From Acidimicrobiales bacterium (lineage in GTDB: Bacteria; Actinomycetota; Acidimicrobiia; Acidimicrobiales; VFJN01): 64,000 nucleotides of DNA. Position 1 is the first letter of the stretch; the number at the start of each line of letters is the position of its first letter. The DNA lies in the NCBI GenBank assembly GCA_035296625.1, contig DATHAO010000002.1:18111-82110 (forward strand), given 5' to 3'. The notes beneath the pieces are model-generated. The model was not told the origin of the DNA. It did not search any database and saw nothing but the letters and a program-made list of their open reading frames with translations. This document shows, piece after piece, positions 53,061-61,433 of this stretch. Made by a program: the position numbers and the translations under genes.

Positions 53061-54167
53061 ATGGAGATCGTCATCGTCCTCGTCGCCCTGGCCGCCGTGG
53101 TGCTGGCGATCGGCGTCACCGTCGGCATCGGCCTGAGCCACCGGCGCGAGGGGCCGGCGGGGATCGAACCGCCCATCCCGGCCGACGAGATCGCGCCCGG
53201 CGGTGTCGCAACGGCGACCGCGCCCAAGCTCGAGGCGCCTCCGATCGCGCCCCCCGTCCGGCCCAGCTTCCGCGACCGCCTCGGCAAGGCCCGCGGCACG
53301 GTCAGCGGCTACCTGGCTGCCATCCGGTCACGCAAGGTCGACGACGAGACGTGGGACGAGCTCGAGGAGGCGCTGATCCGCGCGGATGTCGGCGTGGCCG
53401 CCACCCAGCGCATACTCGGCGACCTGCGCGCGGCCGCGGAGGCCGACTCCGTCTCCGATCCCGAGGATCTGCTCGACCGGCTCAAGGCCCAGCTCAAGTC
53501 CGAGCTGGCCTCGGGCGACCGCGCGCTCCACCTCGACCGGCCCGGCTCCGAGGGCGCCCGACCGGCCGTGTGGCTGTTCGTGGGCGTCAACGGCGTGGGC
53601 AAGACGACCACGATCGGCAAGGTCGCCCACCAGCAGCAGGCGCTGGGCCGCTCGGTGATCATGGCCGCGGGCGACACGTTCCGGGCCGCCGCGGCCGAGC
53701 AGCTGGCCACCTGGGCCGAGCGCACGGAGTCCGACATCGTGCGGGGCAGCGAGGGCGGCGACCCGTCGTCGGTCGTCTACGACGCCGTACAGCGCGGCGC
53801 CGCCCGGGGCCACGACATCGTGCTCGCCGACACCGCCGGCCGCCTCCACACCAAGTCCAACCTCATGGAGGAGCTGCGCAAGGTGCGCCGGGTGGCCGAC
53901 CGCGACCCCGGCAACGTCACCGAGGTGCTGCTCATCCTCGACGCCACGACGGGGCAGAACGGTCTCGCCCAGGCCCAGCAGTTCGCCGAGGCCGTCGATC
54001 TCACCGGCGTGGTGCTCACGAAGCTCGACGGCTCCGCCAAGGGCGGCATCGCGCTCGCCATCCAGACCGCCCTCGACATCCCCATCAAGTTGGTCGGCCT
54101 GGGTGAGACCATCGCCGACCTCGTCGAGTTCGACCCCGACGACTACGTCGAGGCCCTCTTCACCTGA
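53061..54167 (+). CDS. ftsY: signal recognition particle receptor FtsY
   Basis: N-terminal TM helix, NG domain with GVNGVGKTTTIGK, DTAGR, TKLDG. -10-like TAGGCT lies 10 nt upstream of the ATG. Confidence 0.9.
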   Translation: MEIVIVLVALAAVVLAIGVTVGIGLSHRREGPAGIEPPIPADEIAPGGVATATAPKLEAPPIAPPVRPSFRDRLGKARGTVSGYLAAIRSRKVDDETWDELEEALIRADVGVAATQRILGDLRAAAEADSVSDPEDLLDRLKAQLKSELASGDRALHLDRPGSEGARPAVWLFVGVNGVGKTTTIGKVAHQQQALGRSVIMAAGDTFRAAAAEQLATWAERTESDIVRGSEGGDPSSVVYDAVQRGAARGHDIVLADTAGRLHTKSNLMEELRKVRRVADRDPGNVTEVLLILDATTGQNGLAQAQQFAEAVDLTGVVLTKLDGSAKGGIALAIQTALDIPIKLVGLGETIADLVEFDPDDYVEALFT

Positions 54168-54187
54168 CCGTGACCCCAGGAGGCCGC

Positions 54188-54664
54188 ATGCTCGTCCGCA
54201 CCGTTCTCTTCCCCGTCCGCCTCACCTACGGCGTCAGCAAGCTCTCAGCCCGCACCGGCTACCGCGCCGGCAAGGCCTCCGTCACCGGCACCTACAAGGC
54301 GGGTCGCCTGCTCGGCTACGGCCGCATGGCCACCCTCGCCGCCGGCGTGGGCATCGGCCTGCTGATCGCGCCCACGTCGGGGGTCGAGCTGCGCGAGTCG
54401 CTGCGCCGCAAGCTGGACGAGCGCCGTGCGCCCGCGTCCGACGACGAGATCGCCGAGCGCGTCCGCTACGAACTGTCGCACTCACCCCGCACCTGGCACC
54501 TGCCCCAGCCCGGAGTCGAGGTGGTGTCCGGCACGGCCATCCTGACCGGCGCCGCCCCGCACGCCACCGGCAAGGACGACCTCGAGCAGGCGGCGGCCGC
54601 CGTGGCCGGAGTCGCCGAGATCGACAGCCGGCTCGTCGTCGGCGTGCCCGTCGATCCCACCTGA
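54188..54664 (+). CDS. BON-domain membrane protein (YtxH-like N-terminus)
   Basis: AGGAGG lies 4 nt upstream of ATG 54188. TM helix. C-terminal VEVVSGTAILTGAAP......A.....GV..I is BON-like. Confidence 0.6.
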   Translation: MLVRTVLFPVRLTYGVSKLSARTGYRAGKASVTGTYKAGRLLGYGRMATLAAGVGIGLLIAPTSGVELRESLRRKLDERRAPASDDEIAERVRYELSHSPRTWHLPQPGVEVVSGTAILTGAAPHATGKDDLEQAAAAVAGVAEIDSRLVVGVPVDPT

Positions 54665-54692
54665 CCGCGGGCACCGGTAGCCTCGAGTCTTC

Positions 54693-56108
54693 ATGTTCGA
54701 GTCGCTGTCTGAACGTTTCGAGGGCATCTTCCAGCGGCTCCGCAGCAAGGGAACGCTGCGCGAGTCCGACGTCGACGAGATCCTGCGCGAGATCCGCCTG
54801 GCGCTGCTCGAGGCCGACGTCAACTTCGTCGTCGTCAAGACCATGCTCGCCCGCATCCGCGAGCGGGCGGTCGGCGAGCGCATCCACGAGGCGCTGAACC
54901 CAGCCCAGCAGGTGGTCAAGCTCGTCAACGACGCCATGGTCGAGGCGCTGGGCGGCGACACGATGCGCATCACCTACGCGTCGCGGCCGCCCACCGTGGT
55001 GCTCATGGCCGGCCTGCAGGGCTCGGGCAAGACGACGAACGCGGCGAAGCTCGCCCGCTGGTTCCTCCAGCAGGGCCGCAACCCACTGCTCGTCGGGGCC
55101 GACCTGCAGCGTCCCGCCGCCGTCGAGCAGTTGCGCACGCTCGGCCAGCGGGTCGGCGTGCCGATGTTCAGCCAGCCCGGCGACCCGGTCGACACGGCCC
55201 GGGCCGGCGTCGCCGAGGCCCGCCGGCTCGGCCGCGACGTGTGCATCGTCGACACCGCCGGCCGCCTGGCCATCGACACCGAGATGATGGATCAGGTCCG
55301 GCGCATCTCCGAGGCGACGAACCCGAACTACACGTTCCTCGTCGTCGATGCCATGACCGGTCAGGACGCCGTCACGGTGGCCGAGTCGTTCGACGCCACC
55401 CTCGCGCTCGACGGCGTCATCCTCACGAAGCTCGACGGCGACGCCCGCGGCGGCGCCGCCCTCTCGGTGAAGGAGGTCGTCGGCAAGCCGATCGCCTTCG
55501 CATCCACGGGCGAGAAGATCGAGGACTTCGACCTCTTCCACCCCGACCGCCTGGCCAGCCGCATCCTGGGCATGGGCGACATGCTCACGCTCATCGAGAA
55601 GGCCGAGCAGGTCTACGAGAAGCAGGAGGCCGAGGCCGCAGCGGCGAAGCTGGTCGAGGGCCGCTTCACCCTCGAGGACTTCCTCGACCAACTGCAGCAG
55701 GTGCGCAAGATGGGTCCGCTCCAGAACCTCATGGGCATGATGCCGGGCATGCCCAGGGAGTTGCGCAACGCCGAGATCGACGAGCGCCAGGTCGGCCGCG
55801 TCGAGGCGATCATCCGATCGATGACGCCGTCCGAGCGCGTCGACCCGACCGTCATCGACGGGTCGCGTCGCACGCGCATCGCGCAGGGCAGCGGCACCCA
55901 GCCCAACGACGTCAGCCAGCTCATCAAGCAGTTCCGCGAGATGCAGAAGTTGATGAAGCGCATGCCGGGACTGCCCGGCGGCGGCGCGGGGCGCGGCAAG
56001 GCGAAGAAGGGCAAGAAGGGCGGCCGCAAGGCCGGCGGCCGGGTCACCCCGCGGGGCGGCACGGCACCGGTGCCCAAGTCGCCCTTCACGTTGCCGGGCC
56101 TCAACTGA
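54693..56108 (+). CDS. ffh: signal recognition particle protein Ffh
   Basis: GLQGSGKTT, DTAGR, TKLDGDARGG, and the M domain with a Met-rich loop. TAGCCT lies 9 nt upstream of the ATG. Confidence 0.95.
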   Translation: MFESLSERFEGIFQRLRSKGTLRESDVDEILREIRLALLEADVNFVVVKTMLARIRERAVGERIHEALNPAQQVVKLVNDAMVEALGGDTMRITYASRPPTVVLMAGLQGSGKTTNAAKLARWFLQQGRNPLLVGADLQRPAAVEQLRTLGQRVGVPMFSQPGDPVDTARAGVAEARRLGRDVCIVDTAGRLAIDTEMMDQVRRISEATNPNYTFLVVDAMTGQDAVTVAESFDATLALDGVILTKLDGDARGGAALSVKEVVGKPIAFASTGEKIEDFDLFHPDRLASRILGMGDMLTLIEKAEQVYEKQEAEAAAAKLVEGRFTLEDFLDQLQQVRKMGPLQNLMGMMPGMPRELRNAEIDERQVGRVEAIIRSMTPSERVDPTVIDGSRRTRIAQGSGTQPNDVSQLIKQFREMQKLMKRMPGLPGGGAGRGKAKKGKKGGRKAGGRVTPRGGTAPVPKSPFTLPGLN

Positions 56109-56158
56109 CTAACCTGTCCCGGCTCCCCCTTTTCACGTAGACACGAAGGAAGACACCA

Positions 56159-56467
56159 GTGGCCGTCAAGCTCCGCCTCATGCGGGTGGGTAAGAAGAAG
56201 CAGCCGACCTACCGCGTGGTCGCGGCCGACGCCCGGTCGCCCCGTGACGGGCGTTTCATCGAGATCGTCGGCATCTACGACCCGCGCCGCGATCCCTCCG
56301 CCATCCGCATCGACAACGACAAGGCCGTCGAGTGGCTGCGCAAGGGAGCCCAGCCGACCGAGCCCGTGCAGAAGCTGCTCGAGATCTCGGGCGCGTGGGA
56401 GGCGTTCGGCAAGGCGCCGACCCGCCCGGCCGCCGCCTCGGCGTCGTCGTCCGGGCGTGCCGAGTGA
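56159..56467 (+). CDS. rpsP: 30S ribosomal protein S16
   Basis: [35 protein letters not shown]. Confidence 0.95.
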   Translation: MAVKLRLMRVGKKKQPTYRVVAADARSPRDGRFIEIVGIYDPRRDPSAIRIDNDKAVEWLRKGAQPTEPVQKLLEISGAWEAFGKAPTRPAAASASSSGRAE

Positions 56468-56781
56468 CCGACACCACCGACACCGACGCCGGCCTGCCCA
56501 CCGACGACCTGGCCGGTGAGCGCACCGAGGCCCGTGGCGAGCTCGCCACCGCCCAGGCCGTGCTCCGCCACGTCGTGTCGTCGCTGGTCGATGACCGCGA
56601 GGCCGTGCAGATCGACGTCACCGAGGGCCGGTCGTTGCCCCGCCTCACCGTCCGCGTCGGCCCGTCCGACATGGGCCGAGTGATCGGTAAGCGGGGCCGG
56701 GTCGCCCAGGCCATCCGCACCGTCGTCCGTGCCGCCGCCGTGCGCGACGGCACCGACGTCGAGGTCGAGTTCGAGGATTGA
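56464..56781 (+). CDS. KH-domain RNA-binding protein (YlqC-like)
   Basis: [20 protein letters not shown] GxxG motif. GTGA overlap with the rpsP stop. The start could be further downstream. Confidence 0.75.
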   Translation: MTDTTDTDAGLPTDDLAGERTEARGELATAQAVLRHVVSSLVDDREAVQIDVTEGRSLPRLTVRVGPSDMGRVIGKRGRVAQAIRTVVRAAAVRDGTDVEVEFED

Positions 56782-57266
56782 GCGCCGATCGACCGGGCGG
56801 CGGTACGCCGCTGCTCGAGGTCGGACGCATCGGCAAGGCCCACGGCCTGCGTGGTGAGGTCGTCGTCACGCTGACGACCGACCGCACCGAGCGCGTCGCC
56901 CCCGGCGCAGTGCTGCACTCCGATGCCGGCGAGCTGGAGGTCGTCACTTCGCGGCCCCACCAGGACCGTTGGATCGTCGCCTTCCGCGACCGCTCGGGCC
57001 GCGACGCCGCGGAGTCCCTGCGGGGCCTCGTGCTCCGGGCCGAGGCGCTCGACGACCCCGACGAGATGTGGGTCCACGACCTGGTCGGTGCCGAGGTCGT
57101 GTCCGTCGGCGGCGACCTCGTCGGCCGCTGCGTGGCCGTGGTCGCCAACCCCGCCTCCGACCTCCTCGAGCTCGACACCGGGGCGCTCGTGCCCGTGGTG
57201 TTCGTGGTCGACCGCGGTCCCGGGCGGGTTACCGTCGACCTGCCCGAGGGCCTGCTCGACCTCTGA
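56778..57266 (+). CDS. rimM: 16S rRNA processing protein RimM
   Basis: LEVGRIGKAHGLRGEVVV pattern and a PRC barrel C-terminus. TTG start overlapping the KH stop. Confidence 0.85.
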   Translation: MSADRPGGGTPLLEVGRIGKAHGLRGEVVVTLTTDRTERVAPGAVLHSDAGELEVVTSRPHQDRWIVAFRDRSGRDAAESLRGLVLRAEALDDPDEMWVHDLVGAEVVSVGGDLVGRCVAVVANPASDLLELDTGALVPVVFVVDRGPGRVTVDLPEGLLDL

Positions 57267-57287
57267 GCGGGTGGCCGCCCGTCCACC

Positions 57288-57376
57288 CGACCCACTCGGC
57301 CTCGGCCCCAGCCCCTCGGACCCACTCCGCTGGCGTCGGCCCCGGGCCCGACCGGACCCGCTCGGGCCTCGGCTCC
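57288..57376 (+). repeat. three imperfect direct repeats in the unusually long rimM-trmD spacer
   Basis: cgacccactcggcctcggcccc / cggacccactccgctggcgtcggcccc / cggacccgctcgggcctcggctcc. Confidence 0.7.
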
Positions 57377-57426
57377 AGGCGTGGTCTGGTCGCCTCGGGC
57401 GGCGCCGGTCGTAGGCTCGACCGGCC

Positions 57427-58167
57427 ATGCGCGTCGACGTCTTCACGATCTTCCCCGACATGGTCGGCAACTTCGCCGAGCAGAGCCTGATCGGCAAGGC
57501 CCGGCGCTCCGGCGTGCTCGACGTGCGGGTCCACGACCTTAGATCGTGCGCCACCGACCCCCACCGGTCGGTCGACGACTCCCCGTTCGGCGGGGGTGCC
57601 GGCATGGTGCTCATGCCCGAGCCGATCTTCGCCGCGGTCGAGGCCGTCGCCCCACCCCGGCCGCTCTACTACCTGAGCCCGGCGGGGCGGCCCCTCACCC
57701 AGCGCGTGGCCCGCGAGCTGGCGACGCTCGACGGTTTCAGCCTGTTGTGCGGGCGCTACGAGGGCGTCGACGAGCGGGTGCGCGAGCACCTCGTCGACGG
57801 CGAGCTGTCCGTGGGCGACGTCGTGCTGGCGGGCGGTGAGGTCGCAGCCATGGTCGTGCTCGAGGCCGTCGGGCGCCTCGTCCCCGGCGTCATGGGCAAC
57901 GTGGTCTCGGCCGAGGACGAGTCGTTCAGCGACGGCCTCCTCGAGTACCCGCACTACACCCGTCCGGCTTCACTGCGGGGCTGGGAAGTGCCCGAGGTGC
58001 TGCGCAGCGGCGACCACGGCAAGGTGGCGCGGTGGCGCCGCGCCCAGGCGCTGCACCGCACGCTGCGCCACCGCCCCGACCTCATCCGTGACCGCGGAGG
58101 GCTGACCGACGAGGAGCGCGCGCTGTTGGCGGAACACGGACTATCGGACGACCTAACAGGCCGCTGA
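57427..58167 (+). CDS. trmD: tRNA (guanine37-N1)-methyltransferase
   Basis: MRVDVFTIFPDM, GGGAGMV, CGRYEGVDERV, SIGD-equivalent SVGDVVL.GGE. Confidence 0.95.
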   Translation: MRVDVFTIFPDMVGNFAEQSLIGKARRSGVLDVRVHDLRSCATDPHRSVDDSPFGGGAGMVLMPEPIFAAVEAVAPPRPLYYLSPAGRPLTQRVARELATLDGFSLLCGRYEGVDERVREHLVDGELSVGDVVLAGGEVAAMVVLEAVGRLVPGVMGNVVSAEDESFSDGLLEYPHYTRPASLRGWEVPEVLRSGDHGKVARWRRAQALHRTLRHRPDLIRDRGGLTDEERALLAEHGLSDDLTGR

Positions 58168-58248
58168 GCTGGGCTTTGTGAGTTCCGCCGGTGCCAAGCT
58201 AAGCTCTCTCGTCCGCCTCCAACGACGCTTCCCCGGAGCGAACGCGCC

Positions 58249-58596
58249 ATGCACTCCACCGATCTCATCGATCAGTCCAGCCTTCGCACCGACGTTCCAC
58301 GTTTCGCGCCCGGTGACACGCTCAAGGTCCACGTGCGCGTCGTGGAAGGCCAGAAGGAGCGCGTCCAGGTCTTTCAGGGCGTGGTGATCGCCCGCTCCGG
58401 TTCCGGCATCCGCGAGACCTTCACGGTCCGTAAGGTGAGCTACGGCGTCGGCGTCGAACGGACCTTCCCCCTGCACGCCCCCACGATCGCAAAGATCGAG
58501 GTCGTCACCCGTGGTGATGTCCGGCGGGCGAAGCTCTACTACCTCCGCGATCGCGTCGGCAAGGCCGCGAAGGTCAAGGAGAAGCGCGAGCGCTGA
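58249..58596 (+). CDS. rplS: 50S ribosomal protein L19
   Basis: [32 protein letters not shown]. Confidence 0.95.
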   Translation: MHSTDLIDQSSLRTDVPRFAPGDTLKVHVRVVEGQKERVQVFQGVVIARSGSGIRETFTVRKVSYGVGVERTFPLHAPTIAKIEVVTRGDVRRAKLYYLRDRVGKAAKVKEKRER

Positions 58597-58615
58597 GCGT
58601 GTCGCGCACCACCAC

Positions 58616-58621
58616 TAGGGT
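58616..58621 (+). promoter_or_regulatory. predicted -10 element of a leaderless promoter for the DUF2469 gene
   Basis: TAGGGT, 6 nt, ATG 58628. Confidence 0.4.
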
Positions 58622-58627
58622 GCTCCC

Positions 58628-58939
58628 ATGACCAGTGAGGACCTCGAGCGCTACGAGGCCGACATCGAGCTGCAGCTCTACAAGGAGTACAAGGACGTCT
58701 GTCCGATGTTCTCCCACGTGGTCGAGACCGAGCGGCGGTTCTACCTCGCGAACGAGGTGAACCAGACGGTGCACCATGAGGGCGGTCGCACCTTCATCGA
58801 GCTCGAGCTGAAGGATGCCTGGGTGTGGGACATGTACCGCACCAGCAGGTTCGTCCAATCCGTGCGCATCGTCACGTTCAAGGACGTGAACGTCGAAGAG
58901 CTGGATCATGTCAACGATCTCCACCACGGGGAGGGCTGA
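58628..58939 (+). CDS. DUF2469-family protein
   Basis: EDLERYE..IELQLYKEYKDV...VVETERRFYLAN. This actinobacterial family normally sits near rplS. Confidence 0.85.
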   Translation: MTSEDLERYEADIELQLYKEYKDVCPMFSHVVETERRFYLANEVNQTVHHEGGRTFIELELKDAWVWDMYRTSRFVQSVRIVTFKDVNVEELDHVNDLHHGEG

Positions 58940-59298
58940 CGGCCGGCGGTCACCGTCAGCGGCTCGGAGCCCGGGGCGAGCAGCTCACGGCGGACTGGTA
59001 CCTGGCCCGGGGCTACGAGATCGTGGCCCGCAACTGGCGCTGCCGTGAGGGCGAGATCGACCTCATCGTCCGGCGAGCAGGCGAGCTCGTGTTCTGCGAG
59101 GTCAAGACCCGTACGTCCGACCGCTTCGGCACCGCCGCCGAGGCGGTGACCCCGGCCAAGCAGCGCCGCCTTCGGCTGCTGGCGGCCCGCTACGTTGCGT
59201 CGGTCGCCTCCTCCGGCGGTCGCCCGCCGGCGGCCATGCGCTTCGACGTGGCCGCCGTGACGGGCGGCGCGGCCGAGGTTCTCGAGGCCGCGTTCTGA
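58825..59298 (+). CDS. yraN: YraN-family (UPF0102) endonuclease-like protein; functional start probably near 58936
   Basis: LGARGEQLTADWYLARGYEIVARNWRCREGEIDLIV...FCEVKTR. The only canonical in-frame start is GTG 58825 (115-nt overlap with DUF2469). CTG 58936 forms a CTGA junction with the upstream stop. Confidence 0.75.
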   Translation: MGHVPHQQVRPIRAHRHVQGRERRRAGSCQRSPPRGGLTAGGHRQRLGARGEQLTADWYLARGYEIVARNWRCREGEIDLIVRRAGELVFCEVKTRTSDRFGTAAEAVTPAKQRRLRLLAARYVASVASSGGRPPAAMRFDVAAVTGGAAEVLEAAF

Positions 59299-59313
59299 GC
59301 GCCGGTCGTTCTC

Positions 59314-59416
59314 GGCGTCCGGGTGGCCGCCGGGGGGTCGTCGGTCGGACCGTCCCGACGTCCGGGTGTCGCCGGCGGTTCACCGACCGTCCCGACGTCG
59401 CGGGGTGTCGCGGCGG
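59314..59416. repeat. imperfect ~31-nt direct repeats in a convergent intergenic region
   Basis: gaccgtcccgacgtccgggtgtcgccggcgg (59348-59378) and gaccgtcccgacgtcgcggggtgtcgcggcgg (59385-59416), plus a partial copy at 59314-59335. Confidence 0.75.
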
Positions 59417-59417
59417 C

Positions 59418-59636
59418 TCATCGGGGACGGGAGCGGCCGGGGCGGCGCCGGTGGCGATGCCGCCAGCAGGCGTGGTGCCAGTGTCGGCGCAGGTCGGGGG
59501 CGGCGGCCGGGATGATCACCAGGCGGCCGGTGCCGGCCGGGATGTCCTGGTTGCAGCCTGGGCAGATGTAGGCCTTCGTGGCCTGGTATGGCTGGAGACG
59601 CCGGACCTCGACCTCGCCGTCGGACGAGTCGCTCAC
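59418..59636 (-). CDS. small conserved CxxC / HxxxC zinc-binding-type protein
   Basis: YICPGCNQDI...RRHWHHACW, then a basic tail. High GC3. Confidence 0.6.
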   Translation of the reverse strand: MSDSSDGEVEVRRLQPYQATKAYICPGCNQDIPAGTGRLVIIPAAAPDLRRHWHHACWRHRHRRRPGRSRPR

Positions 59637-59649
59637 GAGCGGCGGGCGC

Positions 59650-59760
59650 TCAGCCCAGCGCCGCCCACAGCACGAGCGCCAGGCACACGGCGACGGCGAC
59701 GGCGACCATGAGGTAGTCGGCGGGCGAGCGGCGGTGCTGGCGGAACGGGTTCAGGCCCAC
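59650..59760 (-). CDS. possible 36-aa single-TM microprotein (below the ORF-track cut-off)
   Basis: Hand translation: VGLNPFRQHRRSPADYLMVAVAVAVCLALVLWAALG, with nearly 100% GC3. The stop lies 13 nt upstream of the next gene's start. Confidence 0.35.
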   Translation of the reverse strand: MGLNPFRQHRRSPADYLMVAVAVAVCLALVLWAALG

Positions 59761-59918
59761 GGGGCGCCAGTATCGCCCACGGCGGCGCCCGCTCCGCCCT
59801 TCCGTGTGTCACACCCCGCCGCTACATTGTCCCGCACGCGCTGCCGGGCATGCCCGCGCAGGGTCGGATCGGTGGGTCGACCACCTCACCACCCGCCCCG
59901 CGTGAGGAGGCACCACCC

Positions 59919-61433
59919 GTGCACGCTTCCGTCCTGTCCGCGACGCTCCTCGGCGTCGAGGGTCGTCCCGTCCGCGTCGAGGTGCACGCCTCGTCCGGGC
60001 TGCCCGGCTTCACCGTCGTCGGCCTGCCCGACACCACATGCCGCGAGGCACGCGACCGGGTGCGGGCCGCCCTGCTGTCGAGCGGCCTGCGTTGGCCCAC
60101 CCAGCGGGTCACCGTCAACCTGGCCCCGTCCGGCCTGCGCAAGGCCGGGGCCGGCCTCGACCTCGCCATGGCCATGGGCCTGCTGGTCGTCACCGAGCAG
60201 GTCCCGCCCACGGCCGTGCACGAGCGCGCCTTCCTGGGCGAGGTGGGCCTCGACGGCTCGCTGCGGTCGGTGCCAGGGGCGCTGCCGCTCATCGACTCGT
60301 TGCACGAGCCCGAGGTTGTGGTGCCGTCGGCGTGCGCCGTCGAGGCCGGCCTGGTCGGCCGGCACCGCGTGCGGGCCGTGCCGACGCTGTCGGCCCTGGT
60401 CGGCGCGCTGACCGATCGGTGCCCATGGCCCGAGCTCCCGCCGGCGCCCGAGCCGCCCCCTCCGCCGCCCGTGGCCGACCTCGCCGACGTGCGCGGGCAG
60501 CCGGCCGCCCGGTTCGCCCTCGAGGTGGCGGCGGCCGGGGGCCACCACCTGCTGTTGGTCGGTCCGCCGGGTGCCGGCAAGACGATGCTCGCGCGCCGGC
60601 TGGCGGGCGTCCTACCCGACCTCTCGCCGGCTCAGGCGCTCGAGGCCACGTGCATCCACTCGGCCGCCGGTCTGCCGCTGCCGCCGGGCGGGCTGCTGCG
60701 CCGCCCGCCGTTCCGCGCACCGCACCACGGGGCGTCCGCCGTGTCGCTCGTCGGCGGCGGCTCGGCGGCCATGCAGCCGGGCGAGGTGTCGCTCGCCCAT
60801 CGGGGCCTGCTGTTCCTCGACGAGCTGGGCGAGTTCGACCCCCGGGTGCTCGACCACCTGCGCCAGCCCCTCGAGGACGGCGTGATCCGCGTGTCCCGGG
60901 CGGCGGCCAAGGTCACGTTTCCCGCCCGTTTCCTGCTGGTCGCTGCCATGAACCCCTGCCCGTGCGGCGAGGGCGGCCCCGCGGGCGGGTGCCGCTGCTC
61001 CGTTGCGGCGCGCCAGCGCTACGCGCGCCGGCTCTCCGGGCCGCTCGTCGACCGGTTCGACCTCCGGGTCGAGGTCGGGCGGCCCGACATCGCCGACTTG
61101 CTCCGCTCCGTCACGGGCGAGCCGAGCCGAGCCGTGGCGGCTCGCGTCGCCGAGGCCCGGCTGCGGGCGGCGGCCCGGGGCGTGCACGCGAACGCCACCC
61201 TGCCGTCGTGGCGCCTCGACGACGACGCCCCGCTCGACGCCGTCGCCACCCGCGTGCTCGAGCTGGCGCTCGGTGCCGGTCGTCTGTCGGGGCGGGGGCT
61301 GGGCGGCGTCCGCCGGGTGGCCCGCACGGTTGCCGACCTGGCGGGCGCCACCGGTCCGCTCATCGGCGAGCACGTCAGCACCGCCCTCGCCCTGCGGGCC
61401 GAGCCCATCTTCCTCGCCGGGCGTGCCGCATGA
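59919..61433 (+). CDS. comM: YifB/ComM-family Mg-chelatase-like AAA+ ATPase
   Basis: LLGVEG..V.VEV....GLP.F.VVGLPD, GPPGAGKTM, LFLDELGEF. GAGGAGG lies 8 nt upstream of GTG 59919. Confidence 0.9.
   Translation: MHASVLSATLLGVEGRPVRVEVHASSGLPGFTVVGLPDTTCREARDRVRAALLSSGLRWPTQRVTVNLAPSGLRKAGAGLDLAMAMGLLVVTEQVPPTAVHERAFLGEVGLDGSLRSVPGALPLIDSLHEPEVVVPSACAVEAGLVGRHRVRAVPTLSALVGALTDRCPWPELPPAPEPPPPPPVADLADVRGQPAARFALEVAAAGGHHLLLVGPPGAGKTMLARRLAGVLPDLSPAQALEATCIHSAAGLPLPPGGLLRRPPFRAPHHGASAVSLVGGGSAAMQPGEVSLAHRGLLFLDELGEFDPRVLDHLRQPLEDGVIRVSRAAAKVTFPARFLLVAAMNPCPCGEGGPAGGCRCSVAARQRYARRLSGPLVDRFDLRVEVGRPDIADLLRSVTGEPSRAVAARVAEARLRAAARGVHANATLPSWRLDDDAPLDAVATRVLELALGAGRLSGRGLGGVRRVARTVADLAGATGPLIGEHVSTALALRAEPIFLAGRAA

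Noticed and set aside
51761-53299. Full 512-aa version of the MoxR ORF.
   Set aside because: The first ~115 codons are Arg/Ala/Gly/Pro filler overlapping the ftsY promoter and start region. The family-typical N-terminus and a TACCCT-N8-GTG promoter support a start at 52948.
60038-61429. N-terminal 460 codons of ORF 60038..62929, which would extend DprA across comM.
   Set aside because: This part overlaps comM in another frame and is Arg/Pro/Gly-rich with no motifs. The DprA signatures start only after about 61800.
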